Shown here in pieces: positions 1 to 10,804 of a stretch of 64,000 nucleotides of DNA. The position numbers were made by a program, and so were the translations under genes. The DNA is from Williopsis jadinii (lineage: Eukaryota). Numbering within the stretch: position 1 is the stretch's first letter; each line of letters begins with the position of its first letter. The DNA lies in NCBI GenBank assembly GCA_024346625.1, contig AP024665.1, positions 1,736,001 through 1,800,000 on the forward strand, written 5' to 3'. Under the pieces are notes generated by a model. The model searched no databases and was not told the origin of the DNA. It saw nothing but the letters and a program-made list of their open reading frames with translations.

Positions 1-804
1 TCAATTCCAAAATATACTAAAGATTGATGAGTAGCCAACACCACTATTAATCCTAATATGATTACGTTAATGGTTAACGCTAATGTCAAATATTTTGGTA
101 CATTGGCAATGCTCTATGTATTTGAGTGCAAATTAGTCGGGAAACTAGGCCCTGTTTACATTGATCTCTAGGTTGATTTTTGTTGTAATTTTCTCGGTTA
201 ACACACAAGTTTCCCAACCTACATTGTCCTCAAGAGACTTTTGAGTCTGTAAATATGGCAGTGTTTTTTTTTTCGGTGTGAAATGTCGCACATATACCTA
301 CTGCAAAAGAAATTTGGGAGAGACACAAGATTTGTAGGTTTGAAAGGACAGTTTGGGAGATGGCATAAAATGCTGTTTGTTTCATTGGCACTGTTGAAAA
401 CCTATACCTTTGATCTAATGAGAAGCAATGTGTCGATTGATTCATGTTTCATTCCAGGGCATCCTGTGTTTGGCATAAGCTCATACCTTGTGATGATGTA
501 ATCTATTCTCCTTTCCAACTGCTATATACGACCGCTTTCATTTCTAGGCCCTTCTCGGTTCAGAGACGCATATTTGTTATGACCACAGCATTAATAGGCG
601 CCATCTCACATCTTGATATTTCCATAGTTACACACATACATAAAAATCAAAGGACAAATCGATGATGATCTAATTTACACAGGGGGGAAATAGGATATTT
701 AAAAGCCAGATTTCCCACTTCATCCGCCACCCAATCTACACGTCCACAACCACCTCTATTTGACAACGCATCATACAAATACGAATCTCATCCAATCAGT
801 TAAG

Positions 805-2953
805 ATGGTATGTTTTGTCTTTCCTATGAGGAACTAGCGGCTTTTTGAATCCCATCTCCCAACTTCACTTGTTCATCGTTTAACGAGCACAAGGCCCTTT
901 ATAGGGGCAGGGAGAATTATTTCAAATAGGAGATTATGTTCCCAGTTATAGAACTATTGTCAATAGCTAACATATCTTTATATAGCAGAATGATAGATCT
1001 AGACACCATCAGAATGCTTCCATTCACTCGCTTACATCGATTGGTTCTATAGTTGAGCCCGTAACTCCTCCAGACCTCGGGGATCATTTTGGAACCCCAT
1101 CGCTTAACCAGTTCTCAACAAATTCAGCGGGTTCCAACGGCGCATCATCCACCACAACGCCTCTATCTACTCTGAACACCAATATAGGGGGTAATACTTT
1201 TAGATCCAGACTTCGTTCGCTTCCTTTGGTGAATGAACTAGACTATAAGTTCAACCAATTTAACATCAGCAGTCTTCAAAATTTATCTCAGGGATCACCG
1301 GGTACTGCATACATTCCATCACCGAGCCAAAGTGTTTCATCCTCTAGCAGTTCTATCCCGCAAATCCCATTGAGCTCACTCTCGTCTCAGATTCAAACTG
1401 CTCTAGATACCCCACAGGTGAGAAAGGTATCACCACCTGTACCACAGCACGAATCTTCTCGTTCCCAAGCTCAATTCCAACCTCGGTTGTCCTTGCCAAA
1501 CGTTCACTCTCTGGGCTCCAATAAGAGAGACGGAAGCTTCGGTTCTACATCAAACTGTAACTACAAGAACTTTGATGAGTTAAACTTGATTCCATTTGAA
1601 GATTTGGATATCTTGAAACTGTCTGTTGATCAGTATGGTTGTCGCTACTTGCAGAAGAAACTTGACGCTGACAATGGTGTGAAGGATATCATCTTCAAAA
1701 AAGTTTTTAACAACCTGATCGAGTTGATTATCGATCCGTTCGGTAACTATCTCATTCAGAAGCTGGTCGAGTATTTATCAAGTTATCAGAAAGACCTGTT
1801 AGTTGAAAAGACCCATACTTATCTTTTCCTCGTGGCTGTGAACCAATATGGTACTAGAAGCTTACAGAAAATCATTGATAAGGTTGACACTGTATACCAA
1901 ATGGATTTGATAATCAAAGGTTTGCAGATGAACGATACTTCGAACGGCATTGAGGACAACAACATTGTGAAGCTCATCAAAGATCTCAATGGAAACCACG
2001 TTGTTCAAAAATGTATCTTTCGATTCCCACCAGAGAAGTTTCAATTTATTATTGACTCAATCTGTATAAATGATAATATTGTGAGAATCTCCACGCACAA
2101 GCATGGATGTTGTGTCCTTCAGAAACTTTTGAATACTGCGAATTTTGAACAGATTGTCAAGATCTCCAAAATTCTCCTTGTCTACTTGGATGATTTGATC
2201 AATGATCAATTTGGAAACTACATTATTCAGTTTTTGTTTGAACTGAACTTTTTGAAAGACTCTACCGACCTAGACTTTTTGGTTGTAAGTTTCTTTGCAA
2301 AGATATATCCTAAATTGATTAGGCTCTCTTGCTTGAAGTTTTCATCGAATGTCATCGAGAAGTACATCAAAGTTTTAAAGGCTAAACAAAACTATGAGTA
2401 CTTGAATGAAATCATTAAACTTATCAATGTCAACTTTGAGATGCTGATCAAGGATAAGTTTGGGAATTATGTTATCCAAACAATGATTGATCAATTTTAT
2501 GATGTGCATGAGCTGAACCTTGAGATGAATATCTTGATCACAACAGTTAAGAACTATCTTCCAGTAATCAAGGCCGCGCCTTATGCACGAAAGATACAAC
2601 TAAAGATACAACAACTAGAGACCAATTACACGTTTAATCAACATGAGGTAACACGGGTTGCACAGAATTTGCCATCTGGCAAATACTACGACGTATCCCA
2701 GATGACTTACAACAATGGGCATAACAGCTTTACTCATGAGGGAAACAGTTATACCAATTACATGAATGGTGGACCTCCACAGGGTTTCAACCCATATTAT
2801 TCAATGGATGCGTCGTTGTATCGCTCTAATGGGAATCTTACCAGTGTTAATAATCTGGTTATGCCCAAAGATTATCGGAACTTCAACGATCCCAACAACG
2901 GTAAGAATCTTTCAGATACGCAGAATTCTTCAAACAACCTGTATCAGTTGTGA
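805..2953 (+). CDS. MPT5: PUF-family RNA-binding protein (Mpt5/Puf5 ortholog); join(805..807,986..2953)
   Basis: Pumilio repeats (DQYGCRYLQK, DPFGNYLIQK, NGNHVVQK, HGCCVLQK, FSSNVIEK, FGNYVIQ). ATG 805-807 is followed directly by GTATGT, with branch-like AGCTAAC 965-971 and acceptor TAG 983-985. The frame is open from 986 into the ORF-track ORF and contains SIVEPVTPPDLG, similar to the Mpt5 N-terminal EPVTPP motif. S. cerevisiae MPT5 also has an intron right after the ATG. Confidence 0.9.
808..985 (+). other. Spliceosomal intron of MPT5 (178 nt), tandem TAGCAG acceptor
   Basis: GTATGT 808-813, AGCTAAC 965-971, TAG 983-985 and CAG 986-988; splicing at either AG restores the frame. Confidence 0.85.
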
Positions 2954-3234
2954 TTAGGAGTCTTTTTTTTTCTTACCTCTGTTTTATGTTCTATTCTCTT
3001 GTCCTTATATGTCCCCCCCCTCCCATCTGTACACTATACGCTTGTTGTATGTTTTACTCTTTTTTTGTCCTTTTTCATACCATTTCATTTCTTTTGAGGT
3101 TGTTTCATATAATTTGAACACTTTGCGATTCTAAACGTGCTTTTTTCCAATATCACACCTTCCAATGAACTGTAGTTTGTGGTTTATCGTGTGTTTTCTG
3201 CCAAATTGTGATAAATTTGCGAAGAGTTGGGAAG

Positions 3235-3274
3235 AGAATGGCGCAGAATGGCGCAGAATGGCGCAGAGTTGCGC
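3235..3274. repeat. 10-bp tandem repeat AGAATGGCGC x3 plus one degenerate copy
   Basis: Read directly: 3235-3244, 3245-3254, 3255-3264 and AGAGTTGCGC 3265-3274. Confidence 0.95.
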
Positions 3275-3538
3275 ATTATTTCGTAATGGTAAATATGAAA
3301 TTTTTGCGGGACACGCGTAACCTGCATAAACTCTATTTAGCCAATCCGGCAACTTTCCGAAAGAGGCAAAACTTTGTGCATACTGGCTTAATTTTACTCA
3401 AATTCCAGATTTAGAATCGCTGCCGCGACGGGACCAGACAATTAGGCTATATTGGGCAGTGACTACAACTGTTACAATCCACTGGCCATTATCGTCTGTA
3501 ATAAATTAGAAGGATGGGTTCATATCATTAGAATGTGT

Positions 3539-4780
3539 TTATTTAAGAGAATTATAACACTGTATGCCGGAATTTGACAAGGTGTAGAGAGATTTATAAT
3601 TTTTCATCCATTTCGCAAACGAAATTGGTTCACCTTCTCGTTCGAACTCAGTTATAACCTTCATAGGTTCCTCATCTGAAACGTTGAATACCTCAATAAG
3701 ATTCTTCGATTGGACAAAGAATTCCGAATCGGTAATCATCTCCATATTCTCACCAAAAACGTTGTATACATTTTTGTTCGAACGGTACGAACGACGAACT
3801 GGGCTTTTGCCCATTCTCAAGTCGAGCAGCTTAATATTGGATCCAATAGAGGAACATATCACTCCATATTCACCAGCTTTCTTCAGATTTATAACTGATC
3901 TCATCTGCGAACTCTCAAACGGGCTTATCAGCTTTGGCTGACTCGATCTCAAATCCCATATGCGGACATCACCATTTCGAAAACCAACGTAATGTACAAA
4001 CTGATCCTTGTTATCGATGGTGAGTGCATCGCCTTTGAACCGTACACTATCTGAATTGATTGTTGAGTCTCTCACGTTATAGAGCTTCAGGCTCTTGTTA
4101 CAACAAACTATCAAGTTCTCCGTGGATGTATTGTATAGGGATTTGTTAAATGAGTCCCTCGGGCTGAAGATCTCCTTAGAGCCTACCAGCTCCCCATCAG
4201 TTGTAAAAGAGGATATCTCGACTTCGCTTGGCTCATCAAATGAGCCTAACCATGTTCGTATAACCAGTGGAGAACTTTCAAAAGTGTCAAATGACCTCAA
4301 CAAAGAGGTATTCTTATCGTATCGGCTCAGCATCAACTTCGGATTGCTCTCTGGACATGTATTTGAGTCATTGTGGCCACCAGCGTAAAGGTGTATATTG
4401 ACTAGATCACTCACTATGAAGTTATTGGTTCCAAATGAATTTACACTCTTCAACTGTACCGAGCTTGGAGTCTGTATTGAATTTGTCACTTTGATGGTAT
4501 CAAACAAATGTCTTCGTATGGTTTTCTCGGCCTGTGTTCTCTTTCTGAAGTTCAATCGATTACTGACGTCCAAATGATCATAATAAATCTTAGGAAAAGA
4601 CATAGTAGTTCTTTGTTCCTGTGTGAGTCTCTTCTTCTTTCTGGCCTGTTCTTCCTCTTGGGCTTTTATGTTTGTGTCTGTATATTGATGACTTAACGTT
4701 GAAGTCGTATCCACTTTGAAATATCGCTTCTTCACGGGATCAAAGAAGAACCCTGGTATCTGTAATACTTGTTGCGGCAT
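3539..4780 (-). CDS. WD40-repeat protein, DCAF4/Wdr21-like
   Basis: N-terminal IPGFFFDPVKKRYFK motif typical of DCAF4/WDR21 proteins; WD-like GFRNGDVRIWDLRS and IKLLDLR (DxR) motifs. First ATG is at 4780 (the ORF track starts at a non-ATG codon). Confidence 0.7.
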   Translation of the reverse strand: MPQQVLQIPGFFFDPVKKRYFKVDTTSTLSHQYTDTNIKAQEEEQARKKKRLTQEQRTTMSFPKIYYDHLDVSNRLNFRKRTQAEKTIRRHLFDTIKVTNSIQTPSSVQLKSVNSFGTNNFIVSDLVNIHLYAGGHNDSNTCPESNPKLMLSRYDKNTSLLRSFDTFESSPLVIRTWLGSFDEPSEVEISSFTTDGELVGSKEIFSPRDSFNKSLYNTSTENLIVCCNKSLKLYNVRDSTINSDSVRFKGDALTIDNKDQFVHYVGFRNGDVRIWDLRSSQPKLISPFESSQMRSVINLKKAGEYGVICSSIGSNIKLLDLRMGKSPVRRSYRSNKNVYNVFGENMEMITDSEFFVQSKNLIEVFNVSDEEPMKVITEFEREGEPISFAKWMKNYKSLYTLSNSGIQCYNSLK

Positions 4781-5627
4781 ATGTTTCAATCTACTGTCCC
4801 GAGGTTCGCTAATGGCTATCTTCCCGCCTATTGATGATTTTAAATGGGTAGTGAAGTTGAGATATTTGTGTGCATCTTTTTTTTCTCCCCCCAGCACGCT
4901 GCACAGTCAGAACCCATACAAAAAAATTGGTGGAGATGCCTACTCTTTCAATCCTGGGTCAGTTTGTCAACAATGAAAGCTTCACAAGCATTCCAAATAA
5001 CCAATGTAATTTAGTCTGTTCAAGATAAATTCTCAATATTTATATGTAATCTGTATACTGTACGGCTCCTGGGTATATTATTTGTAGCCCCCCAGAGTAA
5101 ACTTTTGCAAAAAATGTTGAACATGTTTTAAGAATCTATAATTTAGCCTCATAAATTGAACAATAATGATAGTTATAATTTTACATTGATTAAAATGATT
5201 TTAATTACCACAAATAAGATGCATAGTATGTATATAATACGTATATCTTGTTGATGTAATATGAATTTCCCACCTTTTATTATAATACAATGAACAGTAT
5301 GATTTATCATAGAAACAATTATATACCACCAGAGGAAACAACCATTATCACTTTCTGTATATAACACACGTTTCCAAATATCCTTGATGGTACAAACTTG
5401 TCAACTTCTTGAACAAGCAAACGGTATTAAAGTAAGGTCATGTATCATTAAATATTATCATAACAAGTTTAGTCTGATTGAATGAAATCTTTTTTCTCGT
5501 AATCAACAGGAACATCAATAACAGGAACAACAAGAATAGGAACAAGAGCGGCACAGCAAGTAATGATAATGAGGGAACCCATCTGCTCGAAAGATTTATA
5601 CAAATCCATGAAGCATGAAACTTAGAA

Positions 5628-6710
5628 TCATACGGGGGAATCTGCAAAATGAATCACTGTTCTTCCATGTAATGCACCTCTTCCTGAACGTCTTGAATTA
5701 GTAGCCAAAGGGTAAGGTATAGCAGGATCTTCATTAGTCAACTCTTTTGAGGCCCAGTCTGCGGGACAAAAGGCCCTATTCATGATCAGAGACTGTGATC
5801 TTGTGTTGAGCAGTCTTTCCCTCGAAATGTTTCCAGACGTTGTTTCTGCAGGCTCTTCTGCTTCAACTTCACGACGACACAATGGACATGATACGTTTGA
5901 ATGTAACCATTCAACTAGGCAAGAGCGGCCAAAGATGTGTTTGCAAGGCATTCTCACGGGTATATGTTCAGGTTGAACTATGGTTTCAGTTTTTTGTGTT
6001 TTTTTGTCATCCTTGTAGACAAAATTCAACTCACTATGAGATCTGGCAGTGGCATCTCTTGGAATGACAATGCCTGGATCACCATCTATTGCCATAAACC
6101 TTTGGCGGCTTGCAACTTCTCTTCTTGTAGCAATATTTCTGGATTCAAAGCCAGAGTCCATGATTGGGTTGTCAAAAGGTTCATAACAGATAGCACAACA
6201 TGATTCATTTTCTTCCAGATCTTCAGGGTTTATGATTTCCAAATGCTTGATAGCGTCTTCAGTGGCGTGCTTTTTGGATGACGGACCGTTAAACGCACTG
6301 CCACCTAATCTTATAGCATTCTCAACCATATCCCTCAAAAACGGCGGCAGGTTGTTAAAATTGAACACGGGTTCACCAGCAACGTTTCCCTCGGGAGTAA
6401 TGTTTGTTCTGTTAACAGTGACTGAGAACTGCGGAACGGCGGTACCAAAAGCACCTCTGAATAAGACATCAGGATCGTTTGTGGGTACCTGTTGAAGATT
6501 TGCAGCTGTTCCCAAAATTATAGGTTGTACCGATATGAAACTCGTTGTGGTTGTAGTAGCAGTTGGTCTAACATGATTATTACTGCCACCAGCATTATTA
6601 TTCTGATAGTCATTTGGCATGCTGTTGTTGTTGTTGTTGTTGTTGTTCATATTGCCACCTTGGCTTTGTGCGCCGAAACCGTTTGGAACATTTCCATTAG
6701 GCTGTGACAT
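5628..6710 (-). CDS. SAN1: RING-type E3 ubiquitin ligase, San1-like nuclear quality-control ligase
   Basis: Split RING (CAICYEPF ... long insert ... PCKHIFGRSCLVEWLHSNVSCPLCR) with a disordered N/G-rich N-terminus, the architecture of San1. Confidence 0.75.
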   Translation of the reverse strand: MSQPNGNVPNGFGAQSQGGNMNNNNNNNNSMPNDYQNNNAGGSNNHVRPTATTTTTSFISVQPIILGTAANLQQVPTNDPDVLFRGAFGTAVPQFSVTVNRTNITPEGNVAGEPVFNFNNLPPFLRDMVENAIRLGGSAFNGPSSKKHATEDAIKHLEIINPEDLEENESCCAICYEPFDNPIMDSGFESRNIATRREVASRQRFMAIDGDPGIVIPRDATARSHSELNFVYKDDKKTQKTETIVQPEHIPVRMPCKHIFGRSCLVEWLHSNVSCPLCRREVEAEEPAETTSGNISRERLLNTRSQSLIMNRAFCPADWASKELTNEDPAIPYPLATNSRRSGRGALHGRTVIHFADSPV

Positions 6711-6906
6711 GTCAGCTAAACAAGAAATCTATTCGTAGTGTGAGTGGTTATGAGAACAAATGGAGTTGTGTTAAATTGTTATTGCTTGTGCTTTTTTTAA
6801 TAGCGTCAGAAAGCCCACAAAGACTCGATTCGATGATGGCGCCCCGCGCGTGAGAATGGAATTTTCTAGATAAAAATCGCCCTGTGTAACTCAAAAGAAA
6901 AGTTGA

Positions 6907-6935
6907 TTACGTAATAAGGCAAAAACTTTACGTAA
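6907..6935. promoter_or_regulatory. Pair of palindromic TTACGTAA bZIP (Cin5/Yap6-type) sites in a divergent promoter
   Basis: TTACGTAA at 6907-6914 and 6928-6935 (21 bp apart), plus CACGTGAC at about 6956-6963. Confidence 0.5.
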
Positions 6936-7474
6936 TCAAAGAACCGGCTCCCAGACACGTGACAAGCGCCTCCGGCTTTCAATTTTCGCAACATTCAAAA
7001 CCACAAACCGAAGGAAAAAAAAAGCGCAAAAAAGTTCGCCAATTTTCACCGACAAAAATTAACCTCTTTGAAAGAAAAAAAGCGCCAAAAACACGCATCG
7101 TATACAAAAAACCAAAACAAACAAGCGGGTTTCCTAATCACGAAAAGAGCACTAAAACATAAAGTTCGTGATCATTGTCAAACAAGTCGAGCCGATCCAA
7201 TACCACTGAAGTTTTGATAAATCTCTTAGTCTCGAGTGTTTGTATCGTGAGTGTTTGTCTTGAACCCAGGGAGGTCCAGACTAAATCGAACAAGGTACTA
7301 ACCCCTTCGGCCTCTATAGATCACTTATACCTACGCATAATCACACACTGTACAAACTCAAGGTTTCGTTATAGGCGGCTGGCCGAACTCTTTCATTCAT
7401 TGAAACAGACAAGAATACGTTCAGTTACAGCTGAAGTGACTGATAATTCCTAGCAACATCCACCGCTGTCAAGG

Positions 7475-8859
7475 ATGAATGTCAACGTGAGTTGAATTTA
7501 GTTCGCAATCTTCACACGAATGTTTACTAACTTGTATAAACACATTAGATCTCTCCAGTCAATCCTGTCACTTTGAAAGACGAGCTTGAAAAGGTCAAGG
7601 CGTCAGTTCAAGAGCTCAAGACTGTTGCATTCACGAGTAACGATTCTTTGAACAAGAAGCTGAATGATCACATAGAGCGCACTACGCGTCAGATCAACCA
7701 GTTGAACTCCGTCGTGGAGATTTTGTTGAAGGAGAACCAGGAACTGAAGGGTATCCTTTCGAACCAGAGATTCGTCATTCAGCCTATCAACCCTTTCCAA
7801 CAGGGTTCTCAGGTAACCCAATCTCATCAGAACCAACTGGCTAGTGCTTCACAAAATGCTTTAAACTTGCAGCTAGGTGATAACTTCCTACCAACAAATG
7901 GACTTTCCTCCACGTCAGGTCATAGTGAGGTGAGATCGCAGCACACTTCTGAGCAGAACCAGCAAGTACAATCGCAGTCTCAGCAACAACAACAGAATCA
8001 GCAGGCACTTCAGACTCAGCAACAGCAACAAGCTCAAAAACAACAACAAACCCAGCGAGCTCAACAGGCTCAGCAAGGTCAACAGTCTCAACAACAGCAG
8101 ACACAACAGCAGCAGCAGACATCGCAATCCCAACAGAGAGGCTCCGCACTGCAAAATCATCAGGGATCGACACAGGGACAACAACCACCTCAACATCACC
8201 ATCAATCTACAAATGGTGTGCTGGATAATGCCCTCGGCGAGGCCTCGACGAACAGTGGCATGCTGAGATTCATCAACAACCAATACGTTGATGAGGAGCA
8301 TAACTTGAACACCCAATCACAAGCCTCGAATAATCCAAACTCAAGAATCGACTTTGTATTTATGGATCCAAGTGCTAACAGATCAAGACATTACAGATCA
8401 GGCTCAACTAATTTCCATGATGCCGACCAGGATGACGAGAACTCTCCAATCACCCACCTGACTCCTCCACAGGGTAGCAGACTACAAAAATCTAACACAA
8501 GACAAGGTGAGTTCAGTGCTGAAAATTACGATTTGATCATACACAACGATTTCAACAAAGTTGAGGACATATATTATGAGTATTATAACTCTTTGAAACC
8601 CCAAGTTGAAAGGGTCCAAAAGGCCTACAAGATTAAAAAGATTAGAAAGTATCAAAAAATCAAGGCATTGGCTGTCAGAATCGATAGGTATAAAGAGATC
8701 AAGGGTTGTTCACTTGAGGAAAGTTTCAGATTCTTCGACAATTTACGACTTGCAGATGATAACAGCAAGAGATCAATCGCTTGGTTATATAACACACTTC
8801 CTGATATTCTGAAGAGAATTGGCCTCGAAGATCAACTAAAGAAAAACCCTGGTACCTGA
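7475..8859 (+). CDS. Putative transcription activator with N-terminal coiled coil, poly-Q tract and C-terminal GCR1_C-like domain (Msn1/Hot1/Gcr1 family); join(7475..7486,7549..8859)
   Basis: ATG AAT GTC AAC, then GTGAGT 7487, TACTAAC 7525-7531 and TAG 7546-7548; exon 2 is in frame with the ORF. The C-terminal KVEDIYYEYY...YQKIKALAVRI...GCSLEESFRFFDNLR pattern resembles GCR1_C by eye. Confidence 0.65.
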
Positions 8860-9197
8860 TTACATCGATTTTTTATATCGTCTCGGATCCTACTTTACGC
8901 TTTTCTTTCAACCTGCTATTTGTGCTCTAGTGATGACTTTGATGTTACAACTTTGACCTACCAATTTATCTTTATTCAGATTTGTCTATCTTCTCTTCTC
9001 TTCTCTTTGTCACAGTGGGATCCATTTGTACTTCTTCCCTTATACGTGTTTTCTCTATGTCTAATTTTGTGTATTATACCCTCAATTCTCTCTTTTTTTG
9101 CTTTTATAATATTATGTTTTGTAAGAGTTTATGTGAATTGAACTTATGTATATTAGAATAACCCATATAGAAACATCAAATCTTCTCAAAGAGTATT

Positions 9198-10385
9198 TCA
9201 AGCACCGAATGCAACCTCCCTTGGTTTGTATTTGAAACTCTCCATTGGTTTCAGACCCCATTTAGCCAACATGGCTTTATCCTCATCCCAGCCGTTACAC
9301 ATTGTTGTGAGCATTTTCTTACCTGTGAAGATGGCATTACAACCAGCCATGAAGCACATCACCTGTTCTGCCTCTTTCATTGTATATCTTCCTGCAGCCA
9401 ATCTGATAATAGACGTTGGCATGACCAATCTTGCAGTAGCAATGGTTCTGACAATCTCATCAACTTCAACTTGCTTGTTCTTAACTTCTTCATACATTGG
9501 CGTGCCCTTGATTGGGACCAGTCTGTTGATTGGAAGAGACTCTGGATGCTGATCCATTGTGGCCAAGGTGTAGAGGAAAGATACACGGTCCTCTTGGGTC
9601 TCACCAAGACCAAGAATACCACCTGTGCATGCCTTTAATCCAGATCCTTGAACGTTTTTGATTGTTTTCAATCTATCATCAAAGCTTCTTGTGGAGATCA
9701 CCTTTGGATAGTGTTCCTTTGAAGTATCAATGTTATGGTTGTACGCCGTCAACCCAGCACTTTTCAACTCAGTGGCTTGGTCTTTATCAACCATTCCCAG
9801 GGTGACACAACTCTCCATTCCAAGGTCATGGACAGCAGTGATCATCTCTTTGATTTTCTTCAAGTTTGACTTTCTACCTTTCATCTCTCTCCATGCAGCA
9901 CCCATACAGAACCTTGTAGATCCATTGGCCTTTGCCTCCTTTGCAGCTTCAATCACCTCATCAACTTGGATGATTCTTTCAGCCTTGACACCAGTGTTGT
10001 AACGCTGTGATTGGGCACAGTACTTACAGTCCTCGGTACAACCACCAGTTTTGATATTCATAAGAGTGCACAATTGAACCTCTGAAGGTTGTTGGAACCT
10101 TCTGTGTTGCACCTGAGCATAGTGCATCAAGTCCATGAGTGGTGTGTCATATATAGCTTTAATTTCTTCTTTGGTCCAGGTGTTGACTGGTGTCTTCACT
10201 GACAATGCATATTCCAATGGGTTTGGCTTCTTCTCCTGTGAAGCCACTTCTTCCATTTGTTCCGTGAACACATCTTCCAAGATCTCCGCAGCAGCAGTAG
10301 CACCTGTTGCCAGAGTAGCCCTAGAAGCTACTCTAGAAGTGGAAAGAGCAATCGGACGACTAATAGCAGTCAATATAAACGACAT
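9198..10385 (-). CDS. BIO2: Biotin synthase (radical SAM), mitochondrial
   Basis: CTEDCKYCAQS radical-SAM motif, YNHNIDTS, PESLPIN and RLAAGR; Ser/Arg-rich N-terminal presequence. Confidence 0.98.
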   Translation of the reverse strand: MSFILTAISRPIALSTSRVASRATLATGATAAAEILEDVFTEQMEEVASQEKKPNPLEYALSVKTPVNTWTKEEIKAIYDTPLMDLMHYAQVQHRRFQQPSEVQLCTLMNIKTGGCTEDCKYCAQSQRYNTGVKAERIIQVDEVIEAAKEAKANGSTRFCMGAAWREMKGRKSNLKKIKEMITAVHDLGMESCVTLGMVDKDQATELKSAGLTAYNHNIDTSKEHYPKVISTRSFDDRLKTIKNVQGSGLKACTGGILGLGETQEDRVSFLYTLATMDQHPESLPINRLVPIKGTPMYEEVKNKQVEVDEIVRTIATARLVMPTSIIRLAAGRYTMKEAEQVMCFMAGCNAIFTGKKMLTTMCNGWDEDKAMLAKWGLKPMESFKYKPREVAFGA

Positions 10386-10804
10386 CTCGGACTTGATTAT
10401 GGGCTGTAGAAGAGTTCAATAAGGATAAAAAACGCTTGATGAGGAAAGAGAAAAAGAAGAAAAGGAATAATTCCACCAAATTTAATAATTCAACACCTCA
10501 ACTAATACATGAATGGGAGTCAATCTTGTCATTCAGGCCTGAAATCGCCCAATCAAATCCATTGTATACTGCACATCTTACACCATGCGTAATCATGACT
10601 AGTCATGACATGATTCACCAAAAATTTCCTGTTTGGGAAAATGAGAGAGTCAACGAAACGAGTCATATTGACTAGATAGAACATACGCATTGACTCAACG
10701 CAGGGCAACTGGCTTTGAGTCTAACAATCGAATGTTTCAGTCATAGAGTTGCGTGGGATATCTCAAGTCGTGGGGGTATAATCATATACGACACTTGGGA
10801 GACA

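Noticed and set aside
3028..3056. Puf5 autoregulatory elements in the MPT5 3' UTR (TGTACACTATA, TGTATGTTTTA)
   Set aside because: They fit the loose UGUA-N-UA pattern, but such matches are too frequent in AT-rich UTRs to claim without CLIP data.
4990..5500. AT-rich island as CDEII of a point centromere
   Set aside because: No flanking RTCACRTG or CDEIII-like CCG palindrome seen.
5438..5647. Hydrophobic 69-aa ORF or extra exon after SAN1
   Set aside because: Arises from a low-complexity T-rich 3' UTR repeat, lacks an ATG start, and no branch point supports splicing from the GTATGA at the stop.
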